Shown here: in pieces, positions 40,215 to 49,964 of the stretch
Numbering within the stretch: the stretch's first letter is position 1
How the letters are laid out: every line of letters begins with the position of its first letter
Notes under the pieces: model-generated
Databases searched by the model: none
Told to the model about the DNA's origin: nothing
What the model saw: only the letters and a program-made list of their open reading frames with translations
Made by a program: the position numbers and the translations under genes
DNA from: a virus
Taxonomy: Duplodnaviria > Caudoviricetes
Reading direction: 5' to 3' (one strand)
IMG/VR virus record: IMGVR_UViG_3300017917_003016
Location: 64,001 to 128,000 of that record
DNA length: 64,000 nucleotides

Positions 40215-40478
40215 ATGTTAACTGTATATTCTAAATTAAACTGCCAATTTTGTGACCAGGCTAAACATCTACTCAAAAGCAAAGACATTGCTTTTGAAGA
40301 AGTAAGAGTTGATCAGGATTCGACTGCTCGTCAATTTTTAATGGAACAGGGTCATCGTTCAGTGCCGCAAATTTATCTAGGTAAAGAACTTTTTGTAGAA
40401 AACGGTTATCAAGGGCTGACCAAATTGTCAGACGATGAGTTACGTACAAAGTTAGGAGATTCAATTGTTAGCAACTAA
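40215..40478 (+). CDS. glutaredoxin
   Basis: CQFC active site, SVPQIY. Confidence 0.9.
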   Translation: MLTVYSKLNCQFCDQAKHLLKSKDIAFEEVRVDQDSTARQFLMEQGHRSVPQIYLGKELFVENGYQGLTKLSDDELRTKLGDSIVSN

Positions 40479-40776
40479 GCCTTATGAAAAAGACACTATT
40501 GTTAGTTTAAAACTGGTTAACGGCGATGAAGTTGTGGCCAAAATTATTGAAGAGACTGCTACAAGTTATGTAGTTAGTAAACCTTGCACAGTTGTACCCA
40601 GTGCCAAGGGTTTGGGGCTTATACAGAGCCTCTTTACCAGCGACTTAAATAAGAGTATAACTCTAGACAAGAGCCATGTAATGCTGCATAGTATTACTAT
40701 CAAAGATGTTGAAAATTATTACATACAAACCACCACAGGAATAACTCCAGCGGGCAGCGGGGGTATTATAACCTAA
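40465..40776 (+). CDS. hypothetical protein (Sm-like beta pattern)
   Basis: IVSLKLVNGDEVVAKI. Confidence 0.6.
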   Translation: MLATKPYEKDTIVSLKLVNGDEVVAKIIEETATSYVVSKPCTVVPSAKGLGLIQSLFTSDLNKSITLDKSHVMLHSITIKDVENYYIQTTTGITPAGSGGIIT

Positions 40777-40777
40777 A

Positions 40778-42304
40778 ATGTCTGAACACGACATAAATCT
40801 TGTAACTGCTAAAGCCGGATCTGTTGTAGCGGAGGGTCTCAAACTCAGCCTTGCTACCCCGGGTAGTAGCAGCCTTACTCCCAGTACCGTTACTGCTATG
40901 GTAGGTATTTCCAAAGGTGAGGCACTTGATCTAGCACCTGAAGTTAAAACGGTCATGTCAAAACTATCTGACTGTGCAGCCAACGTTGGCGGAATATATA
41001 CTCCGGCGCAGAGTGCAAATGCAGCAGCAGCACTATCGGACCTACAATCTCTTCAAAGTGATCTTGGTGTTACAGGCAATCCCAGTACTAACAAACTTGG
41101 TGTTTTTGGTGCCTTTATGGCTCAAGCACAGAGTCATATAAATGATTCCATTGAGTTGAAAAATGCCACAAGTTTTATGAGTAATGCCAGTTATTCTGGT
41201 CTTGGTTCTGGAATTACCAGTATGAGTTCAATGGTAGATCAGGGATTAACTGCAAAATTAGGAAATTTAACCGGCGCAGCAAATGTCATGGGCTCATTGG
41301 GTAAGATGTTTAATCTTAGAGACATGACTAATTTTGGCTCCGGTGCGGGATTAGTTAACCAACTTAATGCTAACAAGATTGGGAACCTCAGTGGAGTTAA
41401 CAAAGCACTGGTTGAAGCCGGAGTTGATACCAATGATTTAAGCAATCCAGTATATAAAGATTCTATTACAAAAGTTTTAGAAAATATCAAAGATCCTGTG
41501 GTCATAGGCCAAATCAAAGATCAATTGGAAATCTCTCCAGCAGGTCCAATTGGAAATCTCAATGATCTATTGGATGTAAAAAAATTCATGCCTCCAGGTT
41601 CAATTGTAGGATTGTCTGGTGGATTTGGTGATATAGGGCAAAAATTCAATGATCTGGGAGCAAAATTTACAGGACCCAATGCAGCAAAAAATATGTTGCA
41701 AAATATTTCAGTGCCCAACATTCCAAAATTAAACTCTGCGGCACCTAACCTTTCGTCTTTGATGACTGGTCAACAGGCTGAAATTAACAGCATGATAGGT
41801 TCAAATTTAACTTCGAGTCCGACTGGTATTCCTAATATGACCGACTTTATGGGAGTAGTTGGCGGCGGCGGCGTGATGAAGCAACTGAGCCAAAGTTCTA
41901 ATATAGATTCGATTATTGGCGGAGTTAAATCACAGGTAACTAACACACAGACACTGTTGTCTAAGGCTGGAATAGATACTGCTGCTCCCCCTCCATCGGG
42001 ACTTAGCACAGCAATGAATTTTGCTACAGGCCTACATAAATTTGGTGCAGATACCAGCGGCTCGGGAATTACTCAAATGCTTGGAAACATGGCTAACTCT
42101 TCTAGCCAGTATGGTGATGCCATACAGTCTAGTTTGGCCGAAGGAAAAAACAAAGCATTGATGCAGGCTTCGGGTATTAAGCCATTGGATTTCAGTGGTG
42201 TCCCAATTGGAGAAGGAATGAAAAATCTTCAAGAGGGAAAGTTTATACCAGGAACTGGACAAATGACTCCAGACCAGATCAATAAGATATTTGGCGGCGG
42301 ATAA
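40778..42304 (+). CDS. hypothetical Gly/Ser/Ala-rich protein, possibly virion-associated
   Basis: 508 aa, low-complexity helical composition. Confidence 0.6.
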   Translation: MSEHDINLVTAKAGSVVAEGLKLSLATPGSSSLTPSTVTAMVGISKGEALDLAPEVKTVMSKLSDCAANVGGIYTPAQSANAAAALSDLQSLQSDLGVTGNPSTNKLGVFGAFMAQAQSHINDSIELKNATSFMSNASYSGLGSGITSMSSMVDQGLTAKLGNLTGAANVMGSLGKMFNLRDMTNFGSGAGLVNQLNANKIGNLSGVNKALVEAGVDTNDLSNPVYKDSITKVLENIKDPVVIGQIKDQLEISPAGPIGNLNDLLDVKKFMPPGSIVGLSGGFGDIGQKFNDLGAKFTGPNAAKNMLQNISVPNIPKLNSAAPNLSSLMTGQQAEINSMIGSNLTSSPTGIPNMTDFMGVVGGGGVMKQLSQSSNIDSIIGGVKSQVTNTQTLLSKAGIDTAAPPPSGLSTAMNFATGLHKFGADTSGSGITQMLGNMANSSSQYGDAIQSSLAEGKNKALMQASGIKPLDFSGVPIGEGMKNLQEGKFIPGTGQMTPDQINKIFGGG

Positions 42305-42306
42305 CT

Positions 42307-43020
42307 GTGTTTGCACTAGATCCAATTGATGAATTTCAAAAAATACAAAATTGGACCAATAGACTCGAAAACCTCTCACTAACTCCCTTGCATTTTATTC
42401 AACGCCTGGGACAATTTTTAAATAAAAGTCATCCTATAACAGTGCAACTGCATGATGGGGATTTGTATGGTCTCAACCCTAGAGATTTTTGCATTTCGGC
42501 GGAGTATGATCCTCATGAAGATCAATTGGGACTAAAGTGTTTTAAATTTGATTTCATAATTAACCATCCTAAAAATCAAATTTATATTTGGGATCAGGAT
42601 AAGATCAATGATTTGAACTTGCAACTGTGCGAATCTTTGGTTCACGAATATCAACATCAAAAACAGTTTCAAAGTAGAAAATTTAAAACAAAGTCTTTTA
42701 GATACTCCACTGATTCAGTAGATCAATCTTTGATAAAGGAACAGCAACATTATGCTCACCCAGACGAATTAGAAGCCTATGCAACAAATATTGCAACTAG
42801 AATATTTTTACTTAGAAAAATATTAAATACATGTGTGGACGTTCAGGAAAGTCTAGACTATCAACATTATCTAACTTTGTTTGGTTCTAGACACCACGTG
42901 GTCTGTACTCTGTATAGCCAAATACAACAAAATCTAAAAAGCCTAGAGGAATTAGCAAATGGCAAAATCCCACAGCAAAGTAGAAGAAGTTCAAGTCGAA
43001 GCAGAAGATTACCTAAGTGA
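42307..43020 (+). CDS. hypothetical protein with HExxH motif
   Basis: LVHEYQHQKQ...PDELEAYA; AT-rich. Confidence 0.5.
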   Translation: MFALDPIDEFQKIQNWTNRLENLSLTPLHFIQRLGQFLNKSHPITVQLHDGDLYGLNPRDFCISAEYDPHEDQLGLKCFKFDFIINHPKNQIYIWDQDKINDLNLQLCESLVHEYQHQKQFQSRKFKTKSFRYSTDSVDQSLIKEQQHYAHPDELEAYATNIATRIFLLRKILNTCVDVQESLDYQHYLTLFGSRHHVVCTLYSQIQQNLKSLEELANGKIPQQSRRSSSRSRRLPK

Positions 43021-43198
43021 ATTAGATGATCTTGACGAAGACGATTATATTTTTGTAGTCAATTCTGAAGGAGAAATGAAAACTGTAATTTTTCCACCCT
43101 CAGATGGTTTTGAATACAGCAAAAAACTACTCAAACTTTTTAAACTTTTAGGATGTAATAATCCGGACATTCTACTGCAGCGGCCTACTATACACTAG
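42959..43198 (+). CDS. small acidic hypothetical protein
   Basis: EDDYIFVVNSEGEMKTVIFP. Confidence 0.55.
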   Translation: MAKSHSKVEEVQVEAEDYLSELDDLDEDDYIFVVNSEGEMKTVIFPPSDGFEYSKKLLKLFKLLGCNNPDILLQRPTIH

Positions 43199-43434
43199 GA
43201 CCACTGCAGCAAGAAGGCCATAACATCTTTGTGATTATCGAAAGATATCACGCAGCCATTTATCTCAACTGCGTTTGAGATATTTTTATAGACCCATGAT
43301 TCAATCTCATCGTAGTTTTCCAGCCAGAAACTAAGATCTGCTGCCACAACAAAATGAACATCTTCATCGTAACCGTGATCGTTGGGGCCGCTATAAACAA
43401 ACCTGCGGCCCTGTACACCTTCTAAGAGACTCAT
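43195..43434 (-). CDS. hypothetical protein
   Basis: Last gene of minus-strand cluster; ends ...FLLQWS. Confidence 0.55.
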   Translation of the reverse strand: MSLLEGVQGRRFVYSGPNDHGYDEDVHFVVAADLSFWLENYDEIESWVYKNISNAVEINGCVISFDNHKDVMAFLLQWS

Positions 43435-44253
43435 TTAGACCTCAAAGGTCACAGGCTCAAACTCCTGTGACCGCGGTTCATGCCCTGCATAACCTCGAGG
43501 ATTGCAAACAACTCTAGTGGTACCGATTGTATAATCAAACGGATCATGCATGTGTCCGTGACACCATAGACGAATCTGCGGATGGTCAAGGATCAACTCG
43601 CTCAAATCACTAGAGTAACCACCGTTCATTTCTCGGTCCTCTTTATACCAGTCGGCAATACTAAGATGACTAGGGGCATGATGTGTGACCACCACAACCT
43701 TACGGTCCTCAAGTTTTGCTAGTTCATCTCTAAGCCAATCTTTGGTCTGTTGGTGAATTTCACAGGTGTCTCTAGGATCCAACTTGCGATAAACACCGTG
43801 ATTGCAGTTTGTGATCACACGATAATCTGTCATCATGTTCTTGAGATACTGTATGGTCACAGGGTCCCCACGATTACAATCAGTCCACAAGGTAGCACCT
43901 AAAAAGGTTACATCATCTAAGTCAAACCTTTGCTGTTCTAGGAGTTCAACGTTGTCTGGCAAGTCTTGGTTAATTTCATTCCAAGTCTTCCACATCTTGC
44001 CGTGGTAATGTTCGTGGTTACCCATGACATAAATCACTCGGCTGTACTTAGCACATTCCTCCCAAAAGAAACGTGCCGCACGGTCCATGCGCCGGTTCCT
44101 TGAGTCTTTGACTAGAAGATTATAAGGGTCATACTTGTAATTGTTGAGTGTACGACTTTCGCAGGCATCACCTGCAATCACAAGAACTTCGCCACCGGGC
44201 AGGTCAAGGTCATCAAATTCAAGATGTAGATCGCTAACTAGTGTAATTTTCAT
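43435..44253 (-). CDS. calcineurin-like metallophosphoesterase
   Basis: SDLH, AGD, MGNHE, THH, CHGHMH. Confidence 0.9.
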   Translation of the reverse strand: MKITLVSDLHLEFDDLDLPGGEVLVIAGDACESRTLNNYKYDPYNLLVKDSRNRRMDRAARFFWEECAKYSRVIYVMGNHEHYHGKMWKTWNEINQDLPDNVELLEQQRFDLDDVTFLGATLWTDCNRGDPVTIQYLKNMMTDYRVITNCNHGVYRKLDPRDTCEIHQQTKDWLRDELAKLEDRKVVVVTHHAPSHLSIADWYKEDREMNGGYSSDLSELILDHPQIRLWCHGHMHDPFDYTIGTTRVVCNPRGYAGHEPRSQEFEPVTFEV

Positions 44254-44525
44254 AAGGTGTACTTTAAGTTGAATAATATAAATTTTTGTTCGTCGTATAC
44301 TCGATGTTCTGCAGTTAACATACCATCCATCATGACTACATCAAGTCCCCAGGTATCATGCATCCAACGACAGAACTCGCCGGTATTAAACATGCCCACA
44401 TCTAAGTTTTTAGACTCTTTAAGAAAATCTTCCTTGGCTCGACTGAGTTGTCCTAGATAGGTAATGTCGCCAAACAAGGTATCCCAACGCTGTTTTTGCG
44501 AACTGTATAGACTATTGTTGCCCAT
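44250..44525 (-). CDS. hypothetical protein
   Basis: Coupled in minus-strand cluster. Confidence 0.55.
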   Translation of the reverse strand: MGNNSLYSSQKQRWDTLFGDITYLGQLSRAKEDFLKESKNLDVGMFNTGEFCRWMHDTWGLDVVMMDGMLTAEHRVYDEQKFILFNLKYTL

Positions 44526-44751
44526 ACTTAAGATACCAATAGGTCAAAAATCTTTCAAGGTCGTAATTTGATTTCCAATACCACATGTCATAACTCATGC
44601 GACGAACGCCGGGTCTATCTTTAAGATCCTCTACCAGGCGGTCAATCTCCGCTAATTCCCATTTGAACACTGGTCCATCGAATAAAGAAGGATTTATGTC
44701 TAGGTCTAATTGCATGACCCATGTATTGCGGCGTTGAAAGATTTTGAACAT
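44512..44751 (-). CDS. hypothetical protein (start refined to MFKIFQ)
   Basis: ATG 7 nt past a minus-strand -10 box. Confidence 0.55.
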   Translation of the reverse strand: MFKIFQRRNTWVMQLDLDINPSLFDGPVFKWELAEIDRLVEDLKDRPGVRRMSYDMWYWKSNYDLERFLTYWYLKYGQQ

Positions 44752-44758
44752 AGGAAGT

Positions 44759-44818
44759 ATTTTACACTCTACTGTAGAAAATGTCAAGGTTGACAGGTGT
44801 CCTTTTTTGTAATATAAT
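44759..44818. promoter_or_regulatory. back-to-back divergent sigma70 promoters
   Basis: + strand TTGACA(44790)-17-TATAAT(44813); - strand TTGACA(44787)-17-TAAAAT(44764). Confidence 0.8.
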
Positions 44819-44863
44819 CACAGTGTAGTAATTATTTAACTGACTCTTAACCAGTGAGGCAAT

Positions 44864-45088
44864 ATGACTGTTCTACTGCATGCTGATACTATCAAACCTT
44901 CTTTGACCAATACTCACAAAAGGGTATTTGATCCAAATAATCAAGAAGATCTTAAGATCTATAAAAAGTTTCTTGAAACAGGAAGTTGGAGTCAAAAGCC
45001 TTGTCCATTTTTTCTTGAGTGGCCGTGGTTGACTATCCCCCATATGATCAATCATAAGATTACAGAAAGTGTTCTAGAAAAGATTTAA
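44864..45088 (+). CDS. hypothetical protein
   Basis: GAGG SD; between consensus promoter and terminator. Confidence 0.65.
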   Translation: MTVLLHADTIKPSLTNTHKRVFDPNNQEDLKIYKKFLETGSWSQKPCPFFLEWPWLTIPHMINHKITESVLEKI

Positions 45089-45094
45089 AATACC

Positions 45095-45122
45095 AAAAGC
45101 CCAGAATTGTCTGGGCTTTTTT
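45095..45122 (+). terminator. intrinsic terminator
   Basis: AAAAGCCCAGA-ATTG-TCTGGGCTTTTTT. Confidence 0.85.
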
Positions 45123-45141
45123 ACGGCTACTAAATATTTTT

Positions 45142-45420
45142 ATGGCCAGTTATAGTGTATACGCAAAATTAGACGAAAGCCAGACTAGTCCTATACTTGT
45201 TCGCGGTGAAATACGTATATCTGCAGACGTTACGGTCTACTATCGCATAGGCGAAAATCCTATAGCAGATTCCAGATGTGCAGTTATTAGAGCAGGGCAG
45301 AGTATAACCACTACACTACCTTCCTGTGGACTAAAAATTGCATTTTTAGCAACTAATAACTCAGGTCACGTCTCAATTGTACAGGTTAACAAAACCAAGG
45401 CCAGTTGTTCTGCTCGGTAG
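45142..45420 (+). CDS. small beta-rich protein, paralog of 45455
   Basis: VRISADVTVYYRIG...CAVIRAG. Confidence 0.55.
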   Translation: MASYSVYAKLDESQTSPILVRGEIRISADVTVYYRIGENPIADSRCAVIRAGQSITTTLPSCGLKIAFLATNNSGHVSIVQVNKTKASCSAR

Positions 45421-45454
45421 TTGATAAATAACTAAAAGTTCCGAGGAATTAACA

Positions 45455-45787
45455 ATGGCAACATTTAATATCATAGCACAGCCCAACGCTAGTAACGTCA
45501 GTGTAGCACTTAACAGCACCAAAGTTAAGGTTGTTAGCAATGTGGCTGTTTATTACGCTGTGGGAAATGGTACCCCAGTAGCATATACCACAGGTAACTG
45601 TGCACTTCTTCCCGCTAATACCATACGCGATATCAATTGTGGCCCAGGGGTACTAACCATTGATGCTAACCTAGCGGTCACCGTAACAGGAACCGGACCA
45701 AGGGTTGCATTTATCAGTGCTGGCGGAACTGCGTTAGTCAGCGTCACTGAAATTGGTTATGTAGATTTTACAAAAGTATCAAATTAA
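45455..45787 (+). CDS. small beta-rich protein, probable virion component
   Basis: VKVVSNVAVYYAVG...CALLPAN; late box 45424, GAGG SD. Confidence 0.6.
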   Translation: MATFNIIAQPNASNVSVALNSTKVKVVSNVAVYYAVGNGTPVAYTTGNCALLPANTIRDINCGPGVLTIDANLAVTVTGTGPRVAFISAGGTALVSVTEIGYVDFTKVSN

Positions 45788-45882
45788 ATTCTACAATAGA
45801 AGAGTCTCAATAATTCAAAAAGGTTGCGCTCTAGCATTATCTTTTGCTAGAATAACTAGCGTAATCCTATAAATACCTGACT

Positions 45883-47364
45883 ATGATATTTGGACTATTT
45901 GTATTAGCAGTTGCACTTGTTATCAGCGCAGTAGCCGCGTACTACAGTATTGCAGGTCTTACGGCTATATTCGCTGCGGCTGTTATACCTATCATTATAA
46001 TGGGTGCTGCTCTCGAAGCAGGTAAGATCACTGCCACAGTGTGGCTACACAAATATTGGCATCGAGCACCTATACAATTCAAACTCTATCTAGTTCCGGC
46101 TATTGTAATTTTAATGTTAATTACTAGCATGGGTATCTTTGGATACCTATCAAAAGCACACATGGATCAAACGCTAGTAGTAGGTGATAGTTCTAGCAAG
46201 GTATCTATCCTAGACGAAAAAATTGCCACAGAAAAGTCTAACATAGACAGTGCTCGTAAAGCCCTGCAGCAGATGGATGCACAGGTTGACCAACTCTTGG
46301 GTCGCACCACAGATGACCGAGGCGCTAACCGTGCAGTGCAGGTTCGTAAGCAACAGGCTAAAGAACGCAAGGCTTTACAGGATGAAATAAGCCAAGCACA
46401 GAAAAATATTGCGGCATTACAAAATGAACGTGCGCCTTTGGCAGCAGAAACTCGCAAGATAGAAGCAGAAGTTGGTCCTATCAAGTATATCGCAGCCCTG
46501 ATCTACGGCGACAATCCTGATGCTAATCTGCTAGAACGTGCGGTTCGTTGGGTTATTATTTTATTGGTGTTTGTATTTGATCCTCTTGCTCTTGTGCTAA
46601 TTCTTGCAGCAGAGCAAACTATCGAGTGGTCTAGAGAAGATAAGAAAAAGCAACCTGATCTGGGACTAAACATTCCTTTGCCTGAGGACGATGCTGCAGT
46701 GACAGATTTTTTTCGTCAGGGCAAGGAATTAGCAGAACGTATAGACCAGGGCGGCGGAACACTTACAGATGACGACCTTGCAGCCATGAATATTCGTCCG
46801 CCTAAAGACGAAGAAATCAGACCATTTATTGAAGAAGAAGTAGAGGCCCTGAACAGTTATGTTAGCAATATAACTGTTCAACTAGATTCAATCCCCAAAG
46901 TTGAAACTCCTACTGTAGAAGAAACACCTGTAGTAGATGAACTACCCCACGCTGATCCTCCCCCTATACGCGGGTTCCAACCACCAGCCATTGATGAGTC
47001 ACCGATAAACCCTCCGCCCAAATCAGTACAAATCGACGAAAATCAGGTGTTAATTCCTAACATGGCTTTAACCGCAGATGAAAATCCTGCTAGTGCTGGT
47101 TTTGGTACAGAGTTTCCGCAAAATCCCCAACGTGGTGATATGTTCCTCCGCGTAGACTATTTGCCTAGTAGACTTTACAAGTGGAATGACCGTAAGTGGA
47201 TAGAGGTCAGTAAGGAAAACTCAGATACACTGGCCTACGATGAACATTATATCAAACATCTAATAGAACGTATTGACCAAGGGGAGTATGATGTAGAACT
47301 ACTTTCTGATGTTGAACGTGAGCAAATTCAAAGGTACTTAAATGAAAAATCAAACACCCAGTAG
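45883..47364 (+). CDS. membrane-anchored coiled-coil protein
   Basis: N-terminal TM segments, long coiled coil, further TM, acidic/Pro linker. Confidence 0.65.
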   Translation: MIFGLFVLAVALVISAVAAYYSIAGLTAIFAAAVIPIIIMGAALEAGKITATVWLHKYWHRAPIQFKLYLVPAIVILMLITSMGIFGYLSKAHMDQTLVVGDSSSKVSILDEKIATEKSNIDSARKALQQMDAQVDQLLGRTTDDRGANRAVQVRKQQAKERKALQDEISQAQKNIAALQNERAPLAAETRKIEAEVGPIKYIAALIYGDNPDANLLERAVRWVIILLVFVFDPLALVLILAAEQTIEWSREDKKKQPDLGLNIPLPEDDAAVTDFFRQGKELAERIDQGGGTLTDDDLAAMNIRPPKDEEIRPFIEEEVEALNSYVSNITVQLDSIPKVETPTVEETPVVDELPHADPPPIRGFQPPAIDESPINPPPKSVQIDENQVLIPNMALTADENPASAGFGTEFPQNPQRGDMFLRVDYLPSRLYKWNDRKWIEVSKENSDTLAYDEHYIKHLIERIDQGEYDVELLSDVEREQIQRYLNEKSNTQ

Positions 47365-47665
47365 ATTTATAACCTATCCAGACGTAGTCAACTCAACAGG
47401 AAACCATACAGTTTTGTTGGTTGATGCAGACCTTGATGATGTTGCTAATCTAGCCACTTTCTGTAGTTTGAGCCGGAGAGACTATGACATTTATTTGTAC
47501 AAGGGATCGCAGGATGATCTACAATGGTTATCCTACGTAAACAATCTTTCTAGTAAGACCTTTATAAGAGAACCTAGCGAAGTTACCATAACCGGCGTAG
47601 AACGATATTCATCGATTGATAGACTCAAAGACTATTTTACTAATATTGATAAGTCTCCCCAGTAA
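47342..47665 (+). CDS. hypothetical protein
   Basis: 107-aa ORF overlapping upstream stop. Confidence 0.55.
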   Translation: MKNQTPSRFITYPDVVNSTGNHTVLLVDADLDDVANLATFCSLSRRDYDIYLYKGSQDDLQWLSYVNNLSSKTFIREPSEVTITGVERYSSIDRLKDYFTNIDKSPQ

Positions 47666-47736
47666 TCAAAATTAATTTTTTTGATAAAAATTTAGCATGA
47701 TAAATAATATACTCATATATTGGGGAATACATTTTT

Positions 47737-47970
47737 ATGGGGTATGACAAAATAATCAAAGGCAACACTGTCTACGTTAAAAACGACAATGTAGATCAGG
47801 CTCTGCGCAAGTTTAAAAAACGTGTACAAGACAGTGGTTTACTGCAAGAACTTCGCGACCGCGAGTTTTATGAAAAGCCAACTAGCGTAAGAAAACGCAA
47901 GGTTGGTGCAGCCAAACAGCGTTGGCGCAAGCGTGTAGAGAGCGAGAAACTACCAAAGAAAATGTTCTAA
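47737..47970 (+). CDS. rpsU: ribosomal protein bS21
   Basis: VDQALRKFKKRV..SGLLQELRDREFYEKPTSVRKRK. Confidence 0.92.
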   Translation: MGYDKIIKGNTVYVKNDNVDQALRKFKKRVQDSGLLQELRDREFYEKPTSVRKRKVGAAKQRWRKRVESEKLPKKMF

Positions 47971-49517
47971 GCAAGTATTTTTTTCATCCGATCGGTGATT
48001 AAATTATCTATAGGATAATTGCTGTTAAGAATATTTTTAATAATTACGTTATTTTGATTTTTATCTGCAAGCATGCTGTGATCGTAACCGATAGTCCTTA
48101 GTTCAGGATATTCAATTAGGTCCGCTGGGTAAAAATTATCGAAGTATTCTCGATCATCTTTTTCAACTAATTTGGCTACCTGTTTAAAACTTACCCCTAC
48201 ATTATTGACCCAACCGTCCTCTCCCCAAGTAAGTTGATATTTTTCATAGTCGTTACTCATTGAATTTGTTTTTATAACAATGTGTTTATGTTCGGGAGGG
48301 GTTACCCAAAGTGCACTATATTTGTAACTGTCAACCAATGGTGTAGTTTTTAACCAAGCCATTGTTTCTAAAATACTGTCGTACGGTTCCCATGGTAATC
48401 CGGCTATCATGAGAGCATTAATTAAAACATCCTGTTTCCATACAGATCTTAAGTGTTCAAGTGTTTCTATAATTCTAGATCGCCCAAGCCCTTTTCCAAC
48501 AAATTTGCCTGCTTTGTCATGCAAGGTTTCAATACCAAAACAACCTAATTTACAACCTGATTCCATCAACCATTGTGCACTTTCTGGATTTGACCAGATA
48601 AGGTCTAATCTCAAATAACTAACCCATTCTGGAGTAAAAGGCAATTTACTCCAAACTTCGTCGTAAAGCGTTTTAATCTTATGATCACTATCATTATACA
48701 AGTCGTCTAATAGATGATATTTGGTAACACCAAACAATTCATAATTTCGAATTAGTTCATCTAATAGCGTTTTGGTGTATTTTGTAGTATCAGATTTTCC
48801 TTTATGATCGTAGGTGCAATAAGCACATTTAAACGCACATCCTCGACTTACTTCTAAAGTTAGCCACTCATCTGGAAGGATATGATCGTTGGGAGTATAA
48901 ATTATACTACTCGATTTAAATTCTTTTTCTCCTTCGTATGACTGTGGAACTGTTGTTTTGTTTGATAAGGCGTTGGTAAAATCAACTATAAAATCTTCAG
49001 TATAACCTACTGAAAAGTGTATGAATGGGCTAGACAAATTTAACGCACCTTTTTTAATATGACTTACCCAGGTACCACCTATCATTAAATGAGCATTTGA
49101 TTTTTTAAAAGCATAATCCGCTAAGGCTGTTAATTCGTCTGTGCCCCAAGCCAGTTGCGTAACGGCGGTAGTTATATAGGTTAAGTTAGTTAATACATTA
49201 AGATTTAAAAAATCTTCAGAACTTTCTCGCCAAAGGGTTCGATATTCGTCAATATTATTAGATTTAATAGTTAAAAAGGTAGTGCTAACGCCTATCCACA
49301 ACAGTGTTGAGGCGTGTTGGTCAATGAGATTTTTAATTGCTCTTAACGTCAGACGCAGGCAATTTGGAACAACTAAAACTTCATACCCTTTAGAACGTAA
49401 CACGCTGGCTACTTTATAGGCTCCAGCGGCTCTAGAGTATCTTTCTAATTGTATACTTGTTCCTTGAAGTTCCCTTGTTAGCGGACTTCTGTCTGTAAAA
49501 AGAATTACTTGAGCCAT
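47967..49517 (-). CDS. radical SAM protein with B12-binding-like N-terminal domain
   Basis: LEVSRGCAFKCAYC, LLDDLY, FGIETL, MIAGLP. Confidence 0.8.
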   Translation of the reverse strand: MAQVILFTDRSPLTRELQGTSIQLERYSRAAGAYKVASVLRSKGYEVLVVPNCLRLTLRAIKNLIDQHASTLLWIGVSTTFLTIKSNNIDEYRTLWRESSEDFLNLNVLTNLTYITTAVTQLAWGTDELTALADYAFKKSNAHLMIGGTWVSHIKKGALNLSSPFIHFSVGYTEDFIVDFTNALSNKTTVPQSYEGEKEFKSSSIIYTPNDHILPDEWLTLEVSRGCAFKCAYCTYDHKGKSDTTKYTKTLLDELIRNYELFGVTKYHLLDDLYNDSDHKIKTLYDEVWSKLPFTPEWVSYLRLDLIWSNPESAQWLMESGCKLGCFGIETLHDKAGKFVGKGLGRSRIIETLEHLRSVWKQDVLINALMIAGLPWEPYDSILETMAWLKTTPLVDSYKYSALWVTPPEHKHIVIKTNSMSNDYEKYQLTWGEDGWVNNVGVSFKQVAKLVEKDDREYFDNFYPADLIEYPELRTIGYDHSMLADKNQNNVIIKNILNSNYPIDNLITDRMKKILA

Positions 49518-49550
49518 TTTAAATTTTTATCTACAACTATTTATAAGTAC

Positions 49551-49964
49551 ATGTATTACAGTCAAACTAAAGTGTCTAATATTGTTATAATTCTTGTTAG
49601 TGATTCCCCACCAAACCTATTCATTGAGTTGAACGGGCAATATGTGGAGAATAAAATATTGTGTGACGATAATCAGAAGGACACATGGAAGTTGTTATTT
49701 TCTGCAGATTTGAAATCAAAAAATGAAATTTGTGTTCATTGCGCTAATGTTAACAACTATATTAAAGTTGAAGAAGTAATAGTTGATGGGATTAATTTTG
49801 GTCTAGTAACATTCTTGTGTACCAACGTTGAAAATAAACAAGGCACACAGTTAAACAAAAGTGGAACAATAAAAATTGAATTAGAATTTCCAATTTGGAA
49901 ATTTTGGTGTGAAAAAATGAATGATTTTAACTACGAAAGGTATCCGCTTGGATCAACTGACTAA
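49551..49964 (+). CDS. hypothetical protein
   Basis: Start refined to MYYSQ; AT-rich. Confidence 0.5.
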   Translation: MYYSQTKVSNIVIILVSDSPPNLFIELNGQYVENKILCDDNQKDTWKLLFSADLKSKNEICVHCANVNNYIKVEEVIVDGINFGLVTFLCTNVENKQGTQLNKSGTIKIELEFPIWKFWCEKMNDFNYERYPLGSTD

